DNA of 64,000 bases from contig OZ281494.1 in the NCBI GenBank assembly GCA_965637545.1, positions 15,686,001 to 15,750,000 on the forward strand, written 5' to 3'. Below, piece after piece: positions 49,461 through 61,700 of this stretch. The number at the start of each line of letters is the position of its first letter. The first letter of the stretch is position 1. The translations under genes and the position numbers were made by a program. The notes under the pieces were generated by a model, which was not told the origin of the DNA, searched no databases, and saw only the letters and a program-made list of their open reading frames with translations. Source of the stretch: Phallusia mammillata. Its lineage: Eukaryota.

Positions 49461-52400
49461 TTATTCTATCAGCGAATGCCTGTACTTTTCAGGTATTGCT
49501 TCCAGTAGGCCTTTACCATCGAGCCACGATTTGCTGTAGAGTCGAGTAAAGTAGCGCTGACCCGTATCACACAAACACGTCACCACTGTGTGTCCAGGTC
49601 CAAGATCACGTGCTATTTGTACCGCTGCGGCCACGTTGAGACCAGATGACGCCCCGAGGTAGAAACCCTCCTCGTGAAGCAACCGAAAAGTCTAAAAACA
49701 AAATAGTACATGTACCTCCTGTTCATAATTAGCCTCGACCTTACCCACTGGAAAATGTCGGTAAGTTTAAAATTAAACTGGGCAAAAATATCGAAAACAA
49801 CTTAGCTGCAAAGACGGGTACAGCATCGCTATTGGAAGTGGCACATCGCGGCATAAAAACACTTGTTCATTTTCACTAAAATTTGCATTCTTAGTTTGGT
49901 TTGACTAGACTAGAGGCACGCCTCGGCATTAGACAAACTTAGATGCCAAACAACAAACGCCAGCACATAACTCGATGTCGGGTATGATACGCAAGACAGC
50001 AATTAAACTAGGAGACCTTGCTCAAAAATGTGCAAAAGATACAAACAAGCTTTTTGAAAAAAAAACGCAGTGTCGAAAACCTTTACATATAAGTTATACG
50101 TTACAAATGAATTGAACCAGTCTGTGTTTTGGGTGTACTACAGTGGTGTAAAAAACGTAAAGTGCATTGGATTGATACAAACAACAAATTTTACCATTTC
50201 AACGGCATCAGTATCTTGTACGCATATTGCCCCATCAATCGGCGCGCCTTGCATATTGGCTGTGACCCTTCCTTGTCCGATACCTTCCGTTATCGAAGAG
50301 CCATCAGACCGCTCTATGCGTCCATTTGTGTACCAGTGATACAGAACACTACCCTTCAAACAAAAGTGTTTTATTAAGACTTTACATAAGACAACACATC
50401 ACACAATCATTAACAAACAATATTAGCCTATAACGAATTAATAAGAATCGTCCGGGTAAATAGACATGGACAATTTCGCATCACGCAGCAAGAAAAAAAA
50501 ATGACAAAAGATTATCAACACTGGAGGAACCAACGTTGAATTTTTTAGTTTTGTATTTCTGTAATGTCAAAATTAACAATAGAACATAAAATTGACGAAA
50601 TACCAAAATAAACAAAATATGGTCTGTGTTTGGTGAACATCTTAGAACAAACAAGGTGGTAATCCGTCGACTTCGTCAGAAAACCAAACAAACACGACTC
50701 CAGTGAGTCACCTAAGGGTCGACTGCATCTATAAACCATCACGTGTGGACAGAAATTTGTTAAACCACAAATGGACGCGGCTTTGATCTTTGCAAGTTAG
50801 CTGAGCCGTGGTGCCAAGTGGCAGTCTCGAAACAGCGTGGCAGGTGCCACTGCGGCACGCCCTGTGACTACTCGAGTACGTCTATCACGTTGTGGGTGAC
50901 TTATCCGCTACTGACCACCCAGAAGCGTAAGAAAGTAAAGTTTTATGAGGTTAAGGTTCCTGACAAAGTATTTGGCGTTTTGAGTTGCTGTGTAGAGTTT
51001 TATCTACCGTCGAGCGACCAGCACAAGCCATGCATCCACGAGGCTTGTGGTTTTAATCACGATTTGAACAAGCATGCTTTCAAAGGTCACACGTTACAGT
51101 CAGGGAGTTCAATAGTGGTTTTCAGAGGTCAGATATTTCGGCATCAAACAATATAGCGTCGCAATCGACGCTTGATGGGAGTCGCAAATCATCTTTTCTC
51201 GCTACACTACTGTTCACGGTTCTAGAATCCAAATGGAACAAAAATGCAAAATACGTCGTTAAACCAAAACAATCCGTGAATCGAAATTTACGATGTTAAG
51301 CTGACACGAAAGATCGCCGTGAAAACAAGTGGTAAATCTGTTATTTAGTAAAATATTAGAAACTTAGCAAAAAATAACTTTTGGTTTTAAAATTGTAAAC
51401 TATGTCAACAATATATGAACTTCTTTATTAAAACTTTCATAACCTTACCTGTGGGTCGGCGACAATCGTTTTAATATTCTGGTTTTTGGTCTTTAAGTAA
51501 GTTGCAACTCCTACAAGGTATGAGTAACTGATTAGCGTACAAAAATGCCAGTCAACACAATTAGGTAAAAAAAAATAAAACATGCACATTTACCAGACAT
51601 GGTTCCTCCAGTACCAGTGCCAAAAGTTACAGCATCAACTTTACCACCTGCAAATAACATACAGCAATATTACAGGAATTTTTGTTCTGTATCTGTCACT
51701 TGCATAAAACTGTTGGTACACAGAGCACAAGTAAGAGTGGGTTTATGCTTCTTGATTTATATTGTTTTGGAAAACAAAAACTTAGTTTTATCAAAAATAT
51801 TTTAAGTGAAAAACGTTGGAAGGTAAACTAGAACACTGAATATAGTCAAGAAACCATCAATGTCACAAAAATATACAGTATTTTTTGTAATGTTCCTACC
51901 TGTTTGCCTCCAAATTTCTGGTCCAGTTGTCTCTATGTGAGCTCTTCTATTTGCTGTATTGTCAAACTGATTAGTCCACACTGCATTTGTAAGGGACTCT
52001 GCATATCGGCGTGCCTAAATTGAATGGAAACAAAAATTATAAAAACACAAAAAGTTTACTGCCTTTTACATGAGCAATTGATTTACCTGATGATTGTAGT
52101 TGTCAGGATTATCAAAGGGAACAGCAGGCACAGGTCTTACATCAGCCCCAAGCACAGAAAGCAATTCAATCTTTTCCTGGAAACAGTTTAATGTTTTATC
52201 AGCGATTACAAAATTTAGAAATTCACTTGAACAAAACTTTTCTGCTGTTTTTGCAATAGCCCAACTAATTTTTTCTGCTGGGTTACAATCAAACCTCGTT
52301 AAATTATGATTTGAAAAACATATTTAGTTATTATGGACTGCTGAGCAGCACACAAATATTTTGAAGATTAGGTTTATTTTCTGCAAAATCGTTAACCTGT

Positions 52401-54540
52401 TTGGTTGTTTGAGTTGAAGTAAACAAAGCTTACTATGAGTAAGGTGTAGTCTAGGGCTGTTATCAAACAAATAATTATTTGATTATTTGAAATTTTTTAT
52501 TTGATTATTTTTACACAATTTCAAATAATCAAATAATGTTTTTCTATGCAGTAAACCTTGATATATGTGCAAAATCAATTTACTTGAAAACATTGGTGAC
52601 ATTTTTATGAAATAGAGGTTACACGAAGCACTGCAACATATGTTTTCAGCTTTCTATTAATGTTCATTAACTCATTCCCCCAAAATTGTTGGACAAAAAA
52701 GCATGACAGTTTACTGTTCATTTCGGTATTAGTTACCCCCAGAATTATTAAAGTTATTCAAGCAAGTGACTAAAATGTTATAAAACATATATATATCACA
52801 ATTCAATTCAGCAAGTATCCAAGAAAAAGCTGATGCAATAAAGAGAAAAAATGCACACGAAAATACATATGGTTTTGCCAAATTACGGAGAGTAACTGAA
52901 GCATGTCTCTTTCTGTAATAATTTATTATTTTAAACAGAAAAAAGATGTAGCCTGGATTTAATTACTAAGAGCTTACAAAATTCGTTTAGTAGCCTAATT
53001 TTAACTGGGATTTTTAATCCTTATTTATTAATAACTCAGGCCTTATGTATCAGGAGTTCTAAATTATTTGAATTTTTTGATTATTTGATTTGAAAGGAAA
53101 AAAAATATTTGATTATTTGAAAAATTAAAAACCTTTATTTGATAACAGCCCTAGTCAGACTACATTTTTATGATTGTTTTGTAATCAAATATATGAGTAC
53201 TTTTAGTAAGCTTGTTTCATTCTGACGAAAATGAGAACCACACATATGACACCCATGTAAATTGAAAAAGACAGGCACTACCAACAAGTTGTTGGCAACA
53301 ACACAAACATATTACCTTGGATTGAGTGTTTGGCATGTAAATAATGCACTTATATCCAAGTGCATTACAAATGTGAGCAAGACCAATGCCTGTGTTGCCA
53401 GCTGTGCCTTCAACAACAGTTCCACCATCTTTTATTAGATTTTTTTCTTGTGCATCCTTCAGAAGGTAAAGGGCAGCCCTATCTTTCACAGATCCTCCAG
53501 GGTTCATAAACTCTGCTTTTACCAAAATGTCACAACCTGAAATATTAAATTGTATATTTCAAACTTTTTTGGGATCTTGTAAAGAGGGCTCATTTATTAT
53601 GCATACCAGTTTCTTTGCTGATTCCATTCAGTTTAATCATTGGTGTGCTAAAATATAATAGAAACATTAATTTATCTAATATTTTTCCATGTTAAATCTT
53701 AGATGAGTTACCTTTGGACTAATAAACATTATGGTAATTTAAAAAAGCAACACCAAGTTTATTGAATGGTCAAAAAGATATTTATTTTATGTTTTTGCAT
53801 TCAAAGACCCCTTGCAAGTTGCAACTATCCCATAGACTCCTTGGGAATGCATTAACCTAGTCTGAAAACCACACTAATCTTGTTTAGGCCTAATGTATGT
53901 TAACCACTAAATCAGTGGCTTGATAATAATCAGTGATATTTTTGTATAAGTTACAAAATTATACACATTTCAGAAATCCAAAATGTCCTTATCAAGTGCA
54001 AAGAAGGACATGACATTCCCGTTTTTTTTTGAAAAGGTTTGAGTAGTTTTAGTCAAGCAGAATTATAAGAAAGGGTAGTGATAATTGATAAACACACTTA
54101 ACTGTACTTCACTTACTTTCCAACTGTTCCATAGAATCCATCCAAAATGGACTGAAATCAAATCATGCCAGATAACTTTTTGTTAATGAAATCATTGGGT
54201 TACATCATACAGTAATTAATATCCTTTTAGCTACTTACATTTGACGTAGAGTAGCATTTTATGAACCCAACACGTGTCACACATTTCCGGCAAACTTGTT
54301 GTGGAAACTGCGCCAATGCCACACGCAACATAACTTTCAACTTTTAAACCTGTACAGTAACAAATACGTACTATACACAAGCTTGTACAAACATGTTTTA
54401 CAACAAAACGTGCAATTAAGTACACAACTCGTTGCACCGCCTTCAAACTGAAAAAGTAGTATCAACCTGACAACTGAGCAAAAGTGACAATGACGTACAA
54501 ACTTATTTCGAATGCGCCAGCAGTTTTTTTGCTGTGTCAT
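49461..54540 (-). CDS. Cys1a: Fungal-type cysteine synthase (O-acyl-serine sulfhydrylase, PLP fold II), 349 aa, 10 exons
   Basis: Exons 54499-54540, 54117-54151, 53607-53647, 53316-53536, 52087-52176, 51900-52014, 51594-51647, 51449-51510, 50195-50353 and 49461-49691 total 1050 nt, phase-consistent. PLP lysine in [48 protein letters not shown]. The pattern resembles S. pombe Cys11 / Aspergillus CysB as recalled. Exon 1 is the least certain. Confidence 0.93.
52452..53153. mobile_element. MITE in a cysteine synthase intron (702 bp)
   Basis: TIRs TAGGGCTGTTATCAAA / TTTGATAACAGCCCTA; TTATTTGA subterminal repeats at both ends; TSD not cleanly resolved. Confidence 0.85.
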
Positions 54541-54993
54541 CGTGTTATCAGCAATCACTAGTTTGCGTAGCAGTCAGCTACTTTACATTCGTCACAACCC
54601 ACAACACATAAAGTTGTCACGGTTTTGGGTGTTTTATCAGTTTATACTTTATACCAATGCACTTCTACAATTTAGGGTAAAGCACCGTTATTACACTTTT
54701 TGTAACATGCCATTAAAACGCTTGTCAAAAATAATTTGGTGACTTTTTGTACAACTTTGAAAAGACCACAAAGTGTTTTACGGCACTGTCGACTCTACTA
54801 CCAATATCTAAATGAATAAACCAAATAGATTATATGCTCTGAGGGTATACGATACGTCATTTTCGGGTATACTTCTTGTAATTAATCATCCATGAAAATC
54901 TCTATTGATGCTCATCCATGCATGCGCGGCTGATTTTTCTCTTGAAAAGTTGTTATTTTTTTAATTCTGGTAAGAGTTTATTAAAATCTTGTC

Positions 54994-56849
54994 ATGGAAG
55001 AACACGAGATTTTTCCATTGCCACCATGCAACAGCAAACAGCCAGATATCATCAACACCTTACTATATAATGGGTCAAAATTCAAAGGGCACCAAAGAAG
55101 TAAAGGAAACTATTACGATGTAGAGGTAAGCCAACTTTGTAAAATTTTGACCATACCATCAGTTTAGATAGTTTATTGGTTAACTTCAATAAGCATTTTT
55201 CAAAAGGGGCATGGCCAAAAATAATGTAAAAAACATTTGGTATTTGTAGCAGTATTTGCACCAATATATCACTTTTGTTGTGGTGTTGGTTGATTGACAA
55301 ACCACTTTGTTTTATGCTAACACAGTTTAGCATAATTTACTCTTTTTCAATACTTAGTTTAGAATAATTTATATGGTGTATTATACACATTACACTAGCA
55401 GTATTCCTTTTTTTAAAGTTATATCGTAGTGGCATCCACATGGTATTTTTTAATGCAGTATGTTGTATTTGCTTGATGTGACTGTGAAACAAAGTTTCTT
55501 TTGAACTTCTGTTTATCTCTCCCTGATGTGGAAAGGCAAGATGTGTGGGGAAATTACCTAATGTATGGACATTTTAATTCATCAGATTTTAAAAATGCAC
55601 ATGGTTAGGTCTAGTGGAGTAAGGATATGGGTCCCTAATTAGGAAAACAAAATAATAAGCCAGGAAATTTTGGTGTATGTGGATTTGGCTTTAATCAAGG
55701 TGTGCACAACCTTTTCATTGAAATGTCAGTCATGTTACAGGGGCTTATCTCACCAAAGGCCACCAGTGTCTTCATGACTTTCGTTTATAAATTGGTGTAG
55801 GATTTTTGTTCTATCCCAAGTAATTGTACCTAAAAGTCTACTTGATTAGTGTCCAACCATATGCATAGATTTAAAAAACTTGCCATTTCACTCTTATCTA
55901 CTTATGATGAACTGAATAACTTGCCATTCACTATTATCTAGTTATGATGCTACCATCTATGGTTTGCATTGACTGTTTGTTTTGTGTTGTTTGCATACAT
56001 GACTAAAAGTCCAGTGTATGTGTAATATTACAAGCCCTTTGAAGCACCACAAAAATTTATTGGGGCTTGTTTTAGAAGCCAAATATGTAGTAAAAAAGTT
56101 ATAAATCAATGTCAGTACATATATTGTAATATATTATTGGATGACCTAATATTGTGCACCTCTGACATTAACTAATATCTATTCACTATTTCTTTCTTGT
56201 TTATTTAAAGTTACTTTTATCTTTAGGTAACTTTGCAACATGTTGACCTCGACAACTCATATGTTTGTGGATATCTAAAAATTAGTGGCCTTACTGAAGA
56301 GTTCCCCACAATGACAACATTTTTTGATGGTGAAATTATAAGTGAGAGATATCCATTTTTGACTAGGAAGTGGGATGCTGATGAAGAGGTTGACATAAGG
56401 CACTGGAAAAAATTCCTGTCATTTTACCAATTTTCCAAGACCTTTAATAGCAGTGGATTTGACTATGCCAATTTAAGAAACAGTGATTATGTTTTCATGA
56501 GATGGAAGGTATGTTTTTTAAATGTTAACAATGTATTTACAGTAAGGATAAAAGCTGTTAACCTTGCCTTTAAATAACAATGCGCTGCGATGGCAAACGT
56601 GCAATGTATTATCACTACCCTTTCTTATAATTATAATGTTAAGCTCTTTTTCAGGAACATTTTCTAGTGCCAAATCACAAGATTGAAAACATACATGGGG
56701 CTTCATTCGCTGGATTTTACTACATTTGTTTCCAAAAGTCGACTGCTACTATTGAAGGATACTACTACTACAGGACATCAGAAATGTTTCAATCCCTTAA
56801 TCTGAGACACTCACCGGAATCAACAATATCTGTTTATCAGTTCAGATGA
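54994..56849 (+). CDS. GID4: Glucose-induced degradation protein 4 homolog (CTLH/GID E3 ligase substrate receptor), 202 aa, 3 coding exons
   Basis: Exons 54994-55125, 56227-56508 and 56655-56849, all phase 0. Motifs [61 protein letters not shown]. Candidate polyA signals ATTAAA 57298-57303 and AATAAA 57502-57507. Confidence 0.96.
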
Positions 56850-58524
56850 GCGATTTTAACAAAGTTTTTCAACTTCTCTATAGAAGAAAGCTAACTGCAG
56901 ATCCTTTATATGACAGGAAAATGCTGCCCTATTGGATATGCCGAAGTTTGTTGTAACACCTCATGGTGCCTAGTTTCTCCATGGACCTTACCTTACAAGC
57001 AGTGACAATGTCCCTATGTAAACACTTTCAGTAAACATCCTTAAACACCCACTTCATTGTAAAGTACTCAAAGCTAAAGAGTGATTTTAGATTTACAGTA
57101 GTAAAATTTAAAATTTTAAACCATGTCTCAGCGACCTATTGTGCCTTTAAAGAACATACTGCATTGCCATTCACATTAATACTAAAATGTTACAGCACAG
57201 CTCAAACCATGATTATCCTGATACAAGGTTATGTTATAAACACATTGTTATTGTTGTAACTCATCTTTGTTGTCACCTGTTTGTGTTATCTCTGCTCATT
57301 AAAGTTCTATTCTGGTTGTAAACCGAGTGTGAAGTTTATGGTTGTTTGTCACAAAGCTTAGGGACAGAATGATTGTCCCCCGAACATCGAAGGTTTGTCA
57401 AATCTACTGAATTGATTAAAGTAAGTAGCTCAACTTACTTGCAAATAAGCAACTAGTTCAGAAAACATTTCTAACAACCTTTTAACATAATTGGAAGTTA
57501 CAATAAATTTCATATTTTTTGCAAAGTACCATAACGTAACAAACCGAAACGGAAACTTGCGTCCGTATCCCACTGAACATAAAACGGCGAAAATTTTGCA
57601 TCAAAGGGGATAAGCGTTTTCTATTGCAGATCATCCAAGCGTGAAAATAGGTAGAGCAGGAGGGCGCGGCGTTACCGGTTGATTTCGTATCCGTGTGGAT
57701 AAAATCGTGCGTGGTCTACATCGGACTAATTTGATCATTTCAATACATCCTTGTGGGTTTGGGTTCGGCGTTGTGATCAGTGCGCGTCCCTGAATATTTT
57801 TTGGTGCTGTGCTTTGTTTGAATATATCGTGTTTGTTTGACATTAGCAGTTTCAAAATGTTTGAATCGTAAACTCGCGCGCACATTCAGGTAAAAGGTCA
57901 AATTGGCAACGATTTGTGTTACACAAGAAATCGATTCACAGAATTTTGATGCCAGAACAGAACGTTGTATAGGTAGGAGCTTTTGTAAAACGTATCAGGT
58001 GCTTTACTTTTACTTTAGTATGGACAATCTGGAATGTTATGTTATCGGTTTTAGTTTATGCTACTATAATTAATTAAGTTTTATGCATTTGTAATTATTG
58101 ATTATTTAGGCCAAATTTTGTGTTTTTACCAAACGTGATACGTTATTTTTAAACTTTTATGTTTACGTTTTACATACACACCCAATTATTTCAGGTTCCG
58201 TTACCCTAAAAGTTATTCTTTTGTGCATTTTTGATACAGATAAATATTTTTAACCAAAATGTAGTTTTTTAGGTAAAAAACAATTATAAATACATTTGAA
58301 TGAAATAATAATTAAGTGGCATTTACACTGTTATTTTTATCATAAAGTTTATTGATTTCAGTTCCACTGTGGTTAATGCTTCAGTATGATAGGCGATAGC
58401 CGCAAAATGTGGTGAGGCTTGACTTTTTAAGTCTGCAAGTCCAACAAACTGGAGTACCATAGCCTGAATATCCTAGCATGTTTGACTGATGTATACTAAC
58501 CAGCAGCACCGATGAGCTATAGGT

Positions 58525-58755
58525 CCAGTCTAGAGAGTGTGGCAGCTGCATGCGCTATTTTTTTTTTTTTTAAATTTGCACGACAAGATTTGGGGTTTGC
58601 ACGCGAAAATTTTTGCACCAAAGGCATTTAATTGGGCTGTCTTGACCTCTTTTACTTGCTTTGCGCCTGCTGAAATTGGCCTTGCACCGTGCACGCGGGA
58701 CATGGGCCCTGCACGCCTGAGATCTCATCGGGAACTGCCATGTTCTGCAGACTGG
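58525..58755. mobile_element. Small TIR element (231 bp), probably hAT
   Basis: Ends CCAGTCT / AGACTGG; perfect flanking direct repeat CTATAGGT (alternatively a 10-bp GCTATAGGTC with CAGTCT ends). Confidence 0.75.
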
Positions 58756-61700
58756 CTATAGGTCGAAACAGAGTGCACTGTCTACAAATAGTTTATCTTT
58801 GTATGGGCATGTTGCCTTTACAAATCAATGCCATATATAAGAATTTTATTGCATGTGTGCTAGGCTTTGATTCATTTATGCCAAAGTGAAAGTAGTTGGC
58901 TACATTTGGATTTTTATGGCCATTAAAATGTAAGAAAGTGAAATGTGTTGGAAAATGTAACAGCATTTCAGGAAAAATGAATTAAATTGTACAACATGAT
59001 AATAAAATCAAGAGAACAGTGAGATATTGAAATGGCATGTCATTTATCATTAATTCAATAGCTTGTCAATAGTATTAAGTCAATGCTATCCTTATTTCAT
59101 AAAAAGGGTGTATGTTGTCAGAAATGTGTTTTTTATGTGAATAGGGTGATTGCATCACTTTGATTAACATTTATTCAATGTTTGTTTCTTTGCCAGAGAG
59201 TGCTAGTATAGTCACTGCCATAGACCATAACAGCTTTAATCACTCAGCAGGAAATGAAATTTTGATGACTATCCCTCATGTGTTTACAATTTTGTTTGGT
59301 AGCTAAAAAATAATACCATTTGTAGCTGGTGGCACTCTTTTTTGTTTTTGTTAAATCATCAAATTTATTTAATTAATCCAAGGTTTCGATTCATTGCTAA
59401 CAAACAGTTATTGTTTTATCTTTATTTAATTTTAAATAGTTTTTTTTTTGAGTGAGAAAAGGTTGAAAATGTCACTTGAAATGTTTAAGTTTTCTTCTGG
59501 CAATGTTTGCCATGTGGGTGTGGTAATAGATGTACACCACATGTCTGTGGTTTGTTGGGTATCTTTTATGTATGAGACAGAACAGGTCATATTGCAATTG
59601 TCTGAATTTTTCTTTTCACTGCTGTGTTTTTTATGTGTAGAATTTAGGTTTGGTAAAAGGGAACAGCTTGAATTTGAAGTACTTTATACAATAAGTTATT
59701 ATGATTGTTATCAAGTTGTCTTGTTTAATCTTACACTTGCCTTCTGAGTTGTTTTCAACCACTTTCCAAGAACCAGTGATAAATGTGCACCTCGGTTATT
59801 AATCGAAGTTCCCCACTTTGTGGAGGCACTAGGGTGCAATAAATCTCTACAGCTTCAATTACGCCGGCTACATGTGCGTTTCAAATTGCTTGGTTTGATT
59901 GCAGTCAATCATTAACAAAAAATTGTGAGCTGACACCGCATTCCACTTCAAATACCAACACTGTTAGTTGCCCATTGGGGAGGGCTTCAGTGGCACTCAT
60001 AGGGATGTAATATTTTTAACCCATTTTGCTAGGATTCAGTTGCCTGGTTAATGATTTCTTTTTTAATCCCATATTGTTTACTTCCCTAGACGATTACATG
60101 TGTACTGTAGTATTCTTTATGCGCACAGTACTTGACCAGACGTTTCATAAAAATACTTTGTGTCAAAAAACAATTATTGATACTTTTGGGGGATTGTGAC
60201 AATCACTGATCTTAATACAACTCAAAATAAACTGGTTAGATATATTAAGTACACAACGACAGTTACATAATTAAGGCAATGTTAGATTTACATTGGCCTT
60301 AAATGCATAAGTGTTCCATTAAAATTGCTTCAAAACTCCTTAAATGACAGACTGTCTTGGTACCTTGACAGCACAAACTGTGACTACCGACTTCCTATGT
60401 AGTTTGATGTCCCAGGGCAGTTAAGCATGGGGACAAATAGAACAAGGTCGTTATCAGCCCTGACAAGGAGTTTAAGTCGTGCCTTGGTCGCTACTTAAGT
60501 ACCAGTGTGACCTGGGCTGTAGACTTCTAAATTGTGTGGATTTTCTGCAGTTCACCTATGTGTTGTTTAATGTTACCGCACATTTGTGGTCCAGTTCTCG
60601 TTGTCACGTAAACCAGGTCATGCTTGTTAGCAAATGTAACACCCCACTGAAAGTTTGCCGACAGTTGCGAGTTGGTCTACTGCACAACCTCTATCTAGTG
60701 TCAGTCAGCCTGGACTCAACACTGGTGACGTAGCATGCCAGCTGTCTTACGTGACGAACTTTTTTTGGTACGCAGCCCTATGATGCTCGCCCGTCTGTTA
60801 AATTAATTACGGCCTGCTTCGTCGCAGCATTGAAGCCGGCCGGGACGTGCAGTTGTGTCAGCACTTGCGGTAGCCGTCATCTCTTCGCCTGCAGCAAGAT
60901 ACATTATCAAGCCTCGCGGTTCTACAGTTCGACCAGACCGGCGCATACACATTACCGCATAGAGTTCTTTCGTCTGCAGTTGTGTCGCTTTGCGAAGTTG
61001 TGAGACCGCTATGTTTATCGTATGAACAGACAGCAGTATCGGACATGCGGATGATTAGATTGGATTTCTAGCAAAGCAACTTTCAGTACGTTTTGGACAG
61101 TTAGATTGGATTCTCTCATGGAACAGTTATAATGTTAGGTAACGTTACCACAGATACGACAACTAGCCGAACAAGAACATGTTGCCATTTTACTCTCTAA
61201 CCTGCAAAAGCTCAAAGCGTTTAACCTGTACAGTTTAAAGAGTGTCACTTAAAAGGTTGACTGCCAGTATAACGTGTACACGATCAGCGTATTTTGGCAA
61301 GTTTTGTGTATTGTGTCACAATTATTTTAGCTCGTCGTAAAATCTACATTGAACTTATTTGTATGTGAACGTTTTTGATCGGTTAGACTCCCTTAAACCT
61401 TTGCCGGGGTTGACTGAACGGAGCTCCCTCGAAACTTTGTAAAGCTCTACTGAGCGACCAACGTAAACGATGCAACGGAAAATACTGTGTAAACTGAGTG
61501 TCAGACAATTTGACTATTCTGAATCTATTTTTAGGACACCAGTGTTGTAAGTAAAACAGTTCGTAAGAGTTGACACACCTGCGTTTACACCACCGTGGCC
61601 TGTTGTAAACCTGAACAAATACGATGGAACAACAAACAGAAGATTATATGCAGCAGGAAGAGGGTTGGGATAGAGAAGGACTTCTTGATCCAGCATGGGA

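Noticed and set aside
49461-54540. Recent horizontal transfer or bacterial contamination as the origin of the cysteine synthase
   Set aside because: Nine canonical spliceosomal introns, host-like composition, a MITE in an intron and continuity with GID4 show a long-resident gene.
58380-58470. Possible C/D snoRNA (ATGATA ... CTGA)
   Set aside because: Non-consensus C box and no recognisable rRNA or snRNA antisense element.
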